A DNA stretch of 64,000 nucleotides from Marsupella aquatica (taxonomy: Eukaryota > Plantae > Marchantiophyta): positions 29,022,932 through 29,086,931 of the forward strand of contig OZ316892.1 in NCBI GenBank assembly GCA_973895155.1, in the 5' to 3' direction. The translations under genes were made by a program, and so were the position numbers. Position 1 is the stretch's first letter. Every line of letters starts with the position of its first letter. Below are positions 33,994 through 47,600 of this stretch, piece by piece. A model generated the notes under the pieces. The model was not told the DNA's origin, searched no databases, and worked only from the letters and a program-made list of their open reading frames with translations.

Positions 33994-35792
33994 TAGAGTT
34001 TAGATCTCGGACCTTAGAATTCACTAGAATCCGAAATTTGGAATTCATTGAATATGGGATTTGGGAATTCCACGCTCGGAGAAAACCGTAGAAGTCTTAG
34101 CTCAACAAAACACCACGATACTCACTCTCCCCCTTCGTACCTGTGCTCTTCTACATTGCAAACCGACTGCTTGACGAAAAAGGTCTTTATTCCAATCTGT
34201 CTTACAAGCCCCACTGTCCAATCATCGTAGACGATCAACGTTCTGTTGCGGTGCTTGGCGCTTCAGCCAATGGTTTGGGAGTGAGAGAGACGGGATTCGG
34301 CGAGGGATGAAAGACAAATGTGAAAGAGAAATGCGCGAGCAAATGGGATGAAAAGAACGGGAAAAGAAGTGGGATTGACTACTGACAGGACCAAGCTTTG
34401 CACGTCACCTGTATGTACATGGGGTCAGCCAGATGACAGAAAGTGTTATGGACTGCGAAACACGCATACTTATAGCTGCTGTCCCAATTTCACTACCCAA
34501 TCATTGACGATCAACCTTCTGGTGTGGTGCTAGGAGCTTCAGGGAGGCGTAAGAGAGAGACCATTGAACAGGGTTGGCATATCCCTTGAAAAGCTCCTCA
34601 TATCCAACCGACTGTTGATAATCACTCTCCCTTAGTTTCAGTTTCCATGCCAGTCCTCCTTTGCCGTTCCGCCTTCTGTTTTCAAAAGTCTATGGTTTCA
34701 CTGTCCAACAATTGACTATCAACCGGAGAGGAAAACAAGAAAAGCCTGGCTATGCAAATGCTCCTTCGATACTTTGCCACAGCTGACAGAAACTAAATGA
34801 TTGTGATAGATGACAACAAGTGATATTGATTGACCAAGGACAGGACCAAAGTTCTACCAGTGCCAGAAGCATTCGCCGCTGACAGGAAGTGGCACTGAAA
34901 GCAGAAACACCGTTAGCTACTGTTTCGATTCACAAAGTTTAGCCTCTACCTTCCTGAGTGGGTGAGACCGGAGTTTGTGGACAGACTTCTTTGGCAATAA
35001 TGTGTGTTTGGCACCGAGCATCCACGGAAAAATCTCCATTTCAATGAAAATTATAAATCAATCAAGCATAGCACTGTATAAGAGGTAGCCTCTTATATTG
35101 TCAAGAGGAAGTGAAAAAAAAAACTTGGACGAACCTGAGCTAGGCAACCACGTTATAACATGTAACGCAGACTTACCCCTGATCTTGGTAGCTCTTGCTG
35201 TGTTTTGATGGTAGGAGCGTAAGTCTAACCTTGGAAGGAACCACTTGCATGAGCACGTCAGTCTCGTGGATCGAACCACTTGCATGAGCAGTTCAGGTCT
35301 TCACCGTAGAGGTGCACACAATTCTGGAAAACTTGAAGCACAGAAATTAATTACTCCTGGAACAGGCACTGCCGGAAGATTCAAGAAATTCCCCATGAGC
35401 TTGGCTGTTGTCATGTCAAATGTATGCACCGGCCATTACACCAAACGAAACAAAATTCAGGATAAAGCTAGTCTAAAAATCTCCAATTTAGCTTATTCAA
35501 GCTATCTGCGAGACCGCATAAAGAAAATTTTGGAGATAAGATAATTACTTCAAATGGCAAACCAAAGCTACACACTTGAAACGAAAGTATTCAAATCTCG
35601 CGAAGATTGAAGAGAGCCGAAGAGGAATGCTGGAAGTCAGATAGAGTAAGTGGTACCTCCGATCACAAAAGCGGCACGATGCAACTCAGCCGAAGAGAAG
35701 AGAGAACTTCAAAAGAGAGAACTCGAATTTGACATACTAAATTCCACACACTGCAACAAAAGCAAACTCACCTTTTTTCTTAGATGGTCTGT

Positions 35793-36126
35793 TTACTGTC
35801 CATGCAAATACATGATTCCTTCGAGCTCTTTAACATCCCTCTCACATTCCGCAATGTTGGTGATCGACTTAGCGAATCCAAAATCAATGAATCTCACGTG
35901 TCCTTTCACAATCATAATATTGGTTTCACGTATGTCTCCATGGAGAAATCCAGAATGGATCGAGCCCTTCCTGTGCTGACTGTGCCACTGTGTCTATGAT
36001 GATATGTCGCCCCATTGTTAAGCCCTCAATGAACTCTGTGGCAATGTACACAACCCTTTGATGGGCAGTTGTGCCAGAATCTACCAGCGCAGGCACATAA
36101 GGGAAATACGCAATTACACCAAACAA
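35793..36126 (-). pseudogene. Protein-kinase-like C-lobe fragment
   Basis: VYIATEFIEG, then after a frameshift near 35960, IHSGFLHGDIRETNIMIVKGHVRFIDFGFAK (catalytic loop and DFG). Confidence 0.7.
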
Positions 36127-36844
36127 GAATAAGTAACTGGTTGTGGATGGCAGCTAACAACTTTGATTACCTTGGGGAGAAAGTAGTGAAGACATCCTGG
36201 TGATCCCGAGTAATGGCATGACATCTTGATGTCTTTTAGGTTGAAGATCGTCAAGTTATTGAGTAAACCGGTTTGGTAAATAATGTAATTGAAACCTGCT
36301 GCAACCGATAAGGAGACCCTTCACAAGTCACATTTCAGTAAAAAATGTAAACTAATATCTGAGTTAGTTTAAATGTGCTGACCAAGTCCATCCAAACTTT
36401 GCCAGTCTATCTGGACTTCATAGACAAAGTGGAGTTCCATTTGGGGTTTAATTCCCCCTTTTCTTTTAATTTTTTTCTTCTTTTATTTGTTAGTCATGAA
36501 ATATTTAATATACTCCACTACAATGACATAAATACTCTTTTCTCAATGTCTATAAAAAAATAGTGATGCAGTAGAAGTGGCCTGCTGTAGAGGACTCTTA
36601 GGCTTTTTGGGTCTTCGCTTTTCCTGAGTTTTTCCTTTTTAGTTCCCTGCTTTTGGCATATAGTCTCCAGGTTTGGCGCTTTTAGTTGTTTTGACAATGT
36701 GATATATGGCTATAGCCATGTCTAGGGCAGGTTATAAGTGTATTGTCGTCTACAGCAATGCATACATCAAAACTATGTAGATAAATGAAGCAAACAATTA
36801 CATAAAGTAGCTTCATGCACTTATCTAGTTGAGTCATGTAATAC

Positions 36845-38060
36845 GAGCTCAATACCCGTGCGTTGCACAAAAGAAGTCGTGTCGGCCAAGGTGTCGTTGA
36901 GAAAAAAAAGATGTCATGTAAGCCAAGAGGTCGTGGAGAGAAAAAATGTCATGTCGGCCAAGAGGTGGTTGAGAGAAAAAAAGTCGTTGAGTAAAAAAGA
37001 TGTCATGTTGGCCAAGAGTTCTTTGAAAAAAAAGTTGTCATGTCGGCCAAGATGTCGTTGAAAAAAAGATGTCATGTCGGCAAAGACATCATTGAGAGAA
37101 AATATGTTGTGTTGCCCAAGAGATCGTTGAGGGAAATCGGGAGGGAAATTACCCATGCATTGCATAAAAGATGTCGTTAAGAAAAAAAATGTTGTGTCGC
37201 CCAAAATATCATTAAAATAAGGGCGCCCAAGATATTGTTAAGAAAACAGATGTTTTGGTGCCCAAGATGTAGTGTCCCCCAAGATGTCACTAAGAGGAAA
37301 GTATTGTGGCGCCCAAAATGCTCTTAAGAGAATTATATGTTGTGTTTCCCAAGAAAGATGTTCTTATGTGAAAAATGTCATGAAGTAAAAAGATGTTGTT
37401 AAGAAAAAGAAGTCATTTTGCCAAACATGGCATGTTGCCCAAATTAAAGGTCATCAAGTAAAAAATTGTGTCAAATAAGCAGATGTCATGTCGCCAACGA
37501 TGTCATTATTGCAAAGATGTCGTTAAGTATTAAGATTTTGTTAAGTATAAAATGGTCAATAGATAAAGTATGTCATTACTAAACGATGTTATGAAGTAAA
37601 AGATGTTAAGTACATATCGGGCCTGATACCTGTGCATTGCACAAATGATGCATGTTGAGGTGAGAAAATATATCAAGTTGAGAAAAGATGTCGATAAGAG
37701 AAAAACATTTTGAGCTGAGAGAAATATGTCAAGGAAAGAAAAATATAGCAAGGTGAGAAAAAGATGTCATATAGAGAAAAAACATTCGGAGGTGAGAAAA
37801 ATAAGTCAAGGAGAGAAAATATGGTGAGATGAAAAAAAGATATGAATATGAGGAAAAATGTTGAGGGTGACGAAAGATGTTGTGGTGAGATAAAGATGAC
37901 CAGGTGAGAAAAATATGGCGAAATGAGACAAATATAATATATATGTTGAGGTGAGAAAAGATCTCAAGGTGAGTAAAATATGTCAAGATGAGCAAAGATC
38001 TTGAGGTGAGAAGATTTTAATATGAAGAAACTATGTCAAGATGAGAAAATATTTTGACTA
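36845..38060 (-). repeat. Degenerate short tandem arrays (AAAGATGTCRT and GGTGAGAAAA types) with Helitron-3'-end-like motifs
   Basis: Many ~20-bp degenerate units. ACCCGTGCGTTGCAC at ~36854 resembles the reverse complement of a plant Helitron terminal hairpin, with decayed copies near 37151 and 37628. Confidence 0.5.
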
Positions 38061-41000
38061 TATTTTATTTATATTTGAAAATATTTCAAAAAAATCAGAA
38101 TTTTTAATTTATGAATAAATTTAATTAAAATTTGATTAATTTTTTCAATTGTGGCAGGTATGGGAAGGTTAAAGGGTAGCTTGGGCAGGAACTTATTTTT
38201 AGAAGGGGTGTATGGATAGATCTTAAAGTGTGAAGAAAATTATGTTTTGATAAACATTCAAGATTGATTGTCGCTTTTTTTGTAGTTTGTAAAGGGACCG
38301 GATCAGGATTATAGTGGTACATGGTAAAGGGAGGCGTCCTTGATACTCTTGCATTGCTAGAGACCCTTCTTATTTTCTTTGTACTATTAAATTCATTTTG
38401 TGCTTGGGAACATTGCTCTCCATTTTCATTCACAAAAGAAATCATTCTTTCATGTTTGGGATATTGCAAATTTGAATGACTACTATAATAAAAAAATAAA
38501 AATGTAACATTTTATTATAGCTTTTGATATGATCTCTGTAATGTAACCTATTTTTAATTAACTTATTTTAATTAAATTACTATAATTATTATATTTTACA
38601 ATATTATAATACTTGCAATAATATATAGTGTCATATATATTATGTACTTTTGTATTTCATGTGTATACCTCCTTGATACCCATGCATGTACATTCACTCT
38701 CTTGTTTTGTGTGCCCCATTGGTTCTAGCATTGGCTTCCTACTTTTGTGTCTCCCATTTCATTCCCCTTTTGTTTGGAATGTATTTATTATTTTTTGGTG
38801 CACACTAAATTTAATATAACCTTTATTACTTCTCTTTGACATGATTAATGTTTTTTGGACACTACAAATTTGAATGACGACCACTTCATAAAAAGACCAA
38901 CCTTGTATTATAGTTTAGGATGGGGACACAATTGTTGATATATGGAGGAGACAATCACATAAAGTAGTTTCATACATGTATCCAATTGAGTCATGCAGTA
39001 TAGGGATGCAGTTATTGATAAATGCAGAATTATATGATGTAATTTCATGCCCTTATTTAGTTGAGTCATGCAGGGTGGGGACTCGGGTATGAGGAGTCCT
39101 ATCTGTTTGACCTAACAAAACATATGAGAAAGTACAAACCAGTTTCCTATGCACCTATTGGGCAGTGCAAGCTTTAGCAGGAACCTGAGTCTGCCATGGA
39201 ACCTGGTTCCTGCTAGTGGGAGTGGGAGTATCCAACCCAACACCCCCCCCTCCCCCCAATGTCTTCTGCACTTATAGACAGTGCATATTTTGGTGCATTT
39301 ACAAAGAAAACTTACGGTAATATTCGGGGACTATTTGACCCACTTGCACCTACCCACAAAATACACTTATACACAGTGCACTTAAGCACGGTAGACTGTC
39401 CAGTAAATATTTCTACAATGAATACTCTAGTGGACCTCAAGGAGACTCCTAACCGACCGTACGAGTTTTGTCCGTTTGCGCAAACCCAGAAGAAAATCTC
39501 CCCAACACGTGTCTAAACCACTTTCGCCACAATGGCCACGCGTCGAAATCCATGGCGACTCCACCGTCCATCAGGGGTTTGTCATGGCACGATGAGGCGG
39601 TCCATAGATCCGACCGGTCAAACAAGAAGATTTTTTACTACGGACCGACGGGTATCGTCTGGCGACATTAGAGACTCTGCCACGTTTTGTCTGTCGTTCA
39701 ATTCCATATAATGTTTCGATACCCAAAGCTCTTCGCATTCCGCAATCGAAGGCTCAGTGTCGACTGTCCAATTCCGGTTCTGTCATCCGCAACTCAACTC
39801 GAAGTAATTTGTGCCATCCTTCGAAACGAGATCGAGCTCACGGCGAGTGAGAAAAAGATTTGCCCAGAGTTGGGAACCGTGAACGCAGAGTGTGTCAATT
39901 GTGTAGTGTGGATCATTCTGTTGCTTTTGATTGTCTTTCTGTGCATTGTGGTTTGTGAAATGCGAGTAAGAAACTTGAAACGTGCATTTGATATCGGTTG
40001 TATTCCCAATTTTCTCGTTCTGCTCCTCCCATACATTCTGTGGAGGACTCCAGTGCGAATCACTCGCTATTGATCTCCCGATCTGTCAGCTTGAAGAGAC
40101 GAATTTGCCTTTGTCTTGCTTGCCATGCCGGAGGTGTGTCGAGAGGGCAGACGATTGCTGAGAATTTGTGGTTTTACCACTCACTGCGAAGCCGAGGCGA
40201 GGTGGAGCTGAATTGAATTAGATTAGATCCCAGATTTTGGTCGGGAATTTTTTGTTGTGTGAGAGGTTTGTTTGTCTTGGGAAGAGCATTGGAAAGCAGG
40301 GGGTATCCATCCGTGCTGGTTAAGGTTATGACTGGACGGGCTGCAGCAAGCAAGCGACCGATAGACGCAAGGGCGGAAAGATTTCCGTAGAAAGCCTGCT
40401 GTTCGACTGCCGGCCATCATAACTGGTAAGAAAGTGTCTCCTGGGACCACCTGGATTAATCGAGTGGGTTGGTGACCGTTTCTCGATATGGCCTCATTCA
40501 ATTGTACTGTCACAGATTGTCAGTGCTCATGTGAGAAACCCATGTCGGTGATCACCAACATTCGCTGTCCCTCTTATTTCATTCTTTCCGACCCATCCTG
40601 CTCAGCTGCCCAAATTGAGTACATACTTGTCATTTGTGGCTCACATCCGAAAGCATGCTGCATTTGCTGCCGTGCCCAGGATGATCCTCTGTCCCGAGTC
40701 AGGCAAGTGTCATATAAGTACAGAGGCGAATGCGAAGGTTGTGTCTGTTGGTCTTAATCTATGAAGAGTGAGCGCGCTAGATCAAGATAGACATGAAGGA
40801 GTTAAGGTTGCTGTCTGAATTTGGCTGGGGTGGGCTCCCCTTTATTGGGTCTCTGGCCCATGGGATCCTGTCTCCCGGTTTGGCACTTTATGCTCTTGGC
40901 AGTGTGATATACCATATATAATTGTGCTTTCTAGCCCTTACAAATTACCTTATTCTTTGTGGAGTGAACTTTTGCATGACAAGGAAGGGATTCTAGTTAC

Positions 41001-41861
41001 TTACCAAGGCTGCCATTTCCTGAATGATTTAACAGGCGGTGGTTTGCGGCGGAAGAAGGATCCTCGCTGGCTAGCAGGCTGGCAGATATGTCCCCCCACT
41101 TGGTGCATTATAAGATAGGCTTTTCATCTCATGAATGGTGAGACCCTACCAATGCTCAGTGTACCAAGTGAGATCGACAGACCCTACTGTACTGCTTGCT
41201 TGCTGGCTGACTGGATGCTATCTGCATTGGACATCGAAACCTATCTTTGATCACACTCAGCTTTGATTCTTTCGTTCGTAGAGTCTCTCAGACTAGTCCA
41301 CTTGGTTGGATATGATCGGTGTTTAGCGGGTCAGTCATTTGGATGGTTGGATGGTTGGATGGCTGGTTCAAGGAGGGGTGGGGATTATGGTTTTATGTTG
41401 CTTGATGTTGATTTGATTAAATTTTGAGCGAGGCCATCCCTACGCTATTCAAAGAAGTTGATTTGGTTATTTGTTGCTTTCTTTATTCCTGAAAGGCATT
41501 CATTCCCATTGTACAACCTAGTCCCATTGTACAACTTAGTCCTCACGTTCGAGGAGATTAGGAGTGTTGATTGGTTTATATTTTGCTTTCCCAATTTTTT
41601 TAAGGCATTCATTCCCATTGTACAACCTAGTGCTCACGCTCGAGAAGATTAGGAGTGTGTTAGGGAGAGAACGATTTCAGTGCAAAGAAGGTATAAAGGA
41701 GAAGAGCGAAACCAGAGAGTCCAGAAAGTCGAGATGGGATGAATCTTGTCATATGTTGTTTATGAGACGTCGTAGTGACCAACCAACCATCCTCGAAAGG
41801 AACACGAACAGATAGCACTCTTAGCAGCTTTTGCCAGACGGTCAACACTGTAACGGAAATC

Positions 41862-44605
41862 ATGAATCATCAAACGGGGCGCGAGCTCGTTGGTAAGCAC
41901 AAGAAGAAGATGCAGGAATATGAGGAAGATCCGGAACAGCCACAGGAACAACGGCGACAGATTGTAGCAGCACCTTGTCAAGACAGTACTAAGTCGAGTC
42001 AGGTGCTACCACTGCCAGTTGCGTCTTGTTCAGATCAGGGACAGGATGAGAATGCGTCGACTGCCGGTGGTGCTTCAGGTGCGAGCAGCATGGAGAAGAG
42101 CACGGTCGAGGCGGCGCATGGACGCGGAGGAGGAGGAGAAGGGTTACCACGGAGGCATTGGTGGGGGGACTGTGAACCTCATGTCGTGATGCTGCGGGAA
42201 GCATTGCTCTCTAGCGCCCCCGATAGTGCCGTGCTTGGACCCTTGCATGGCTGCTTCTCCTTCTACACGACTCACCTTCACAAGGAGGTGCTTTCCTCCA
42301 CGTACGCGCGCACTATGACTCTCGGTGAGGCTCTCCTTCGACCTAAGAGCACCCCTTTCCTATCTGCTGCTTTGCACAAACTGTGCATTTTTTAATTTGA
42401 TTCAGTAACTCCCTTTAGGTATCGTGCCTGGGATTTCTTTCTCAGTTGTTTTGGTTGTCTGGAGAAAAAAACAAATTTCACTTCATAGCATTCATGCGGA
42501 ATAACTTTTTCAGTAAGTTTTGTGCATTCGCTGCTCTAGGTATTTAGCAGAAATCAGGTCGCTACACCGGGAGGGGCCCTGATCCACACTTGATGATGCT
42601 TACTGTCGTGTATGATGGATGACCCAGGAGCTAATGCGACGCGACTAGAGTCTGCATTCATGTGGGTGGGTGGCTGGAGACCTACATCAGCACTTGTGTT
42701 GGTTTACTCGCTGATGGGGGTCGAGATCGAAAATGCACTTCAAGCTATGCGTGCAGGTCGGGCCGTTGGCGAGACGTCCACCTCGTCCTTGTTGTCTCCA
42801 CGGCAGCTCGCTATTATGCAAAGCCTACAGAAACATACCCAGCATGCCGAGATGAGAATCACTAAAAAGCTCGCTCTTCTTCAGGTACTGTTTTGTCCCT
42901 AGGAAATCTCTGCTTGCTTCTAAATCTGTCAGTCCTTCTCCCCGCTTGAGCATCCGTGTCCCCTTGTCATTCTACCCAGCTTGTTGATTACTTAACTTTG
43001 GCTCCTTTTCCTTACTCTACTACCTTCTGTCTCCTGCCCAACCTTTCTCGTTGCTTCGGCAAGACCAATTTCAGTGACATTTCTACTAAATTCACGTCTA
43101 ATAGAGAGATGACCTAAAGCATCCCCCACTTAAAGAGCCGTCTTCTCCCTGTCCTCCTTCACAGTCTCCAGCAACTAGAAATTGTCAACAGGACCACAAG
43201 GCTTAGGGCAATATAGTGATTGTGGATGGATGGACCTTCGGCAGCCGGAGACTCGACGTCACTTTGTCGCTGTGAATTGTGTATGCAATGCGGTGAGTGG
43301 AAGCTATGGGACCTGTTGTATTGATGTGTCAAGTTTTCTTTACAGATGTTAATAGGCGATCAGGATGTGTTATTGGCCGTCTTGCTAGACGCGGCATCTC
43401 CCGTTGCCAACGACTCCTCGAGGTTTCATCAAGTAACAGAGAAACGAAAGTCTAGATTCAGGCGACTTCTGATTCAGGCCGAGGAGCTACGTTTGCACAC
43501 GTTAAAAGATCTCCTCTCTTTGCTCACTCCTATCCAAGCAGCCCGATGTGGTGTGGCCATATTTGAAATGTGCTCTGCATTGCGCACGATGGACAGCACA
43601 ATGCTACCAGCTTTGCCAACCCTTGCCAGGGCATTACCCGTAGGTCTTTCCACTTTACCACCTCCATCTGCTCGTGTGGGCGAGACGTTGGTGGCCGGTT
43701 TTGGTGAACCAGTAGTCCCTGATTTAGCAGCCTCCGACGGCATTCCAAACTCCGATGATGTTCCACCGAATCAGTCAAATGAATCCCTAGTCTCTGATTC
43801 ATCAGGTCATGACAGAACCCTGGACTCCTCTGATGTGACTCTGAGTCAGTCCCATGAACCTGTGTTCCCTGATGCACCATCATCATCCAGCGCTTTAGAT
43901 TTGTCTGATGTTCTAGTCGGTCTTCCACCGAATCAGTCAGATGAAACCCTAGTCTTTGATTTATCAGCCTATGATAGAACCGTTAACTCCTCTGATTTGA
44001 CAGTTAGCCAGTCCGTTGAACCTGTGTTCTCTGATGCACCAACATCATCCAGCACGCTAAATGTGTCTGATGGTCTAGTCTGTCAATCTGACGAGGCTCA
44101 AATTCTGGTTGCGTCTTGCAGCAACAGTTCTTCACACCTACTGGCTCCAGATTCTTCTCGAGGTTTTGATAGGGAAAAAGGAAGGAGGTCATTGTCAGCA
44201 ACTCCCCTAGTAGATTTTAAATTGGATGATGATTCAGATGGAACGGTTCCCGCTAGGGATGCACAACTTCCGAAGGTTGCTAAGTACCCCCAAAAGGTCA
44301 TAGCCAACCGACTGTTGCTTCTATCACCAGCTTCGTCAGATGTAACCATTCAAAGCTGGAATTTGGAATCTTCTGACTTGGGTTCATACTTCGAGATGCG
44401 TCCCCAGCTCCCGCCTGTGAGGGACGAGGTGGAAGAATCCTATCAAGTACAACCCGGACCAAGTGAACGTGGTGGAATGGGTGGATGTTGCCAATTACAA
44501 CCGGGAGCGTTTGATTCTGACGAATTATCTGGGCAAAGTTCGAGTCGAATGTCTCCCCCATGTGAGTGTATCCAACAAGAATCACAATCAAACGAAGGCA
44601 CTTAA
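41862..44605 (+). CDS. DOG1-domain protein with a long Ser/Asp-rich C-terminal extension (3 coding exons)
   Basis: Exons 41862-42324, 42628-42884 and 43346-44605 have phase-compatible GT-AG sites. TRLESAFMWVGGWRPTS and QAEELRLHTLKDLLSLLTPIQAAR match the DOG1 domain (PF14144). No bZIP seen. Confidence 0.8.
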
Positions 44606-47600
44606 ATGAAATCTGAGTAGCAGAGAATGAAGTTTGCCTGAATGTCCCTAAATTGGAATTCTCCCAACTTTCTACTTGCTCCATCTGGAATTTCTTTTGC
44701 GCAATGCTATTTTTAGCTGTTGATAGAACGCCACCGTTGTGATTTACATTTTTTGCTTGGAAGCTACCAAAGCTTCCAAAGAAGCACAGCACATGAATTT
44801 CGCATTTGATAGGGGACTCACATTATTTATTTCTGTATCATTTGGAAGTCATGAATCTGTCAGGGAGATTACTGCACATGAATACGGCTGATTACACAGC
44901 TTTACGTCACTTCACTTCACTTCGTCCTTGAAGTTTCGGACAACAATAGTCAATGTTCTCTTAGTTGAAAATCAAACTTCTGACACATATTGTGATTCAG
45001 GGGTCTGGAGCAGTGCCCAAACTTTGAATTGTTCTCCTCATCAAACGTATACCCATGACTGGATGGGTGTATCGTGGAGGAAAAATACACCTGAAATTGC
45101 GTGATTTGGTCTTGCGACTATATTTGTCTAGAAAGTTAGATTGAGAAGTTTTGCTTCAGTACTCAGTTTGGAGGCTTGGAAATCCAGTTAAATTGGCAAC
45201 TGCGCACTTGGTGTAACTGTCGGAAAACTGTTTCGGACTGAAACGCTGTAGTTGGTCAAATGTCACTGGCGACTGTGCATCAACACCTCCTACTCCAGGT
45301 TCGCCAATTGTACAGCTTCTGCTCCATTCTCACCGCTATGTCGCAAATGATTCTCGATAATTTGCCGGGTACCATCAATTTAGCTCTGATTCTTGATTTT
45401 TGACAGGTGGAGGCTGGAACACAATGGCAGCATAACTTCTATGGGAATCTCTTCATTCTCGAGTCATTTCTTATGATGGGATCTAGGTCATGAACATGAA
45501 TGAACCTGCTTCATTCGAAGGACAACATTGCAGTGGAGAACAATGAAACACCAGTCCAAGTGCACCGGTAGAACGCGGTTGTCTGAGAGTAGCATCAGGC
45601 CTTGACAACAATGTGTTTTGTAGAAGATTACAAGCAGCCGTCAGCGTTGGGGATCTGGAACATTCTATTGTGATATTGAACGGTTCAATTTTGATATAAC
45701 ACGCAGACGTCTTGCCAGAATATGTTAGTACGGAAAGCTGATCACTAGCTGTCATTAACGTTGTACATACTTACAATATAACCAGAAGTGTTCCACAAGA
45801 GCCTTCATTTAAAAAATTCATGTCGGACTGTTTCATAATTGATCCACATTTGAAATTGAATAGATGAAATAACTGCATCGTAGAAGGTGCTGAAGCCGCG
45901 CAAATACAGATTGCTTGCTAAACCTCCTTTCACTTAAATATGGAAATCGGGTGGGGAAACTGTTATGGCGAATAGGTTCAGTCGAGCTGACCACACCCTT
46001 ACTCAGGAGATGGTAAATGAGCACTTCTTGGGCACTGAAAACGTCGTGGGCACTGAAAATTTTACTGCAAGAGTTTGAAGTCAATGACATTGAGATACCT
46101 TCCAGATAAATTACACATTTACTGGGACATTATGATCGAATACTGTACATGGACAGGATAACCTGACTGCAGTTTGGCTATGTTGTATTGTGATCATTAC
46201 TGTGAAATGAAACTTATCATCTGCAATCCTCTTTGACAATCGTGGACATTTCCTCCGGACTCATCTTGGTTATGGACTCAAAAGTTCTTGATTTATGGAC
46301 TCAAGTTCTTAAATAGACTTTTAAGTGAAAACCAGAAATTCATAGTGTCCGTGCACTTTGCATTGAATCGACCTTTAACATCGCAAGAGATATGTTCACT
46401 CGCTAAGTTCAAAGCAGCCTTTAAGTAAGTATTGAAAATGCTCACAGAGAATTAATTTGCCAACAGCCGCATACCCAGAATCTTCCCATCGAAAAGTTCG
46501 GCCCCGCTCCATCCCTGTTCTTTTCAAATGCTCTGAAGAAGTTTTAACAGACCAGCAATGCTGTTCCCCTTCCCTCGATTGAAGCAAGACTTTTACTTTG
46601 AAATTTTGCGCGCCAAAAATGTCACAGATTTGTCACCCTTTCCTTGAATGCAGCAAGAGCTTTGGTTAGAATGATCGCTTAATGCCACACGTAAGGCACC
46701 GACAATTTTGTTGGTACTTCGCCTTTGGGCTCAGTCAGGTTGGGGCTGAAATGCTGATCTTTGCTTTTCAATGGAGATGTGGAATCAATCGATTCGAGTA
46801 TGCGACCAGACAATTTGGCACCATTCGAGCCTGTCAGGGCTGCAAGTAATATTAATGCATTCAAGGAATCACTGAAGTCCAGTAGCGGGGGCCACCAATC
46901 GAGGATACAGTCCAACATCCAGCACTGTTTTCTAGAAAAACTCTGCGCACCAAGTCACCAACAACACCTACTCCTGTGCAATTTAAATCCTGCGTCCGAA
47001 AAGTCTCTTCTTCTTTAAAAAAATGGGGTTCCAGTTGACCAGGTTCTGCGAAGAGACCCAGGTAACTTTGGCTACACTGAATATATGGATGGATCGATTT
47101 CAACTGACTTTCGGGGTACAAAGATCGAATGGAGGACGAAAGGTTTTCTGGTCAAACACGTTGGAATGGGCTTGTCGAGGCGGGTTGTCCGATGCTGAAT
47201 TTTTGATCTAGGACCAGGTTTTCCCTAAACAGTGTGGTGCCTGGTATGGGGAACTGAGAGATTCATGTCTCGACTCCGTATGTTTCGCTGATTCGTCTAT
47301 CGATGCTTTCCACGTATCGACAAACCGTGAGCTCTGACGAAGCAAAAATGATCCCTCAAGAGTCATGAAGATTGCTTGGAGATCAGGTTTGCTCTGCTCT
47401 ACAGCTACACCTACAAATTGCAGCATGATATGCTCGGAATGATTTGGAGGACCAGGTCCAGAATTGTTGTTCTTGTTCAGCTTTTGGGGACCCCACTTCC
47501 ACCATGCCCCCCACCTTCACTCTCACATTTACTCCTATTGCTAGCTTTTGGGGACCCCACTTCCACCATGCCCCCCACCTTCACTCTCACACTTACTCCT

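Noticed and set aside
42325-42627. Apparent stops suggesting the DOG1 gene is a pseudogene
   Set aside because: The phase-1 acceptor CCCAG|GA at 42627/42628 gives an open spliced frame that bypasses the stops.
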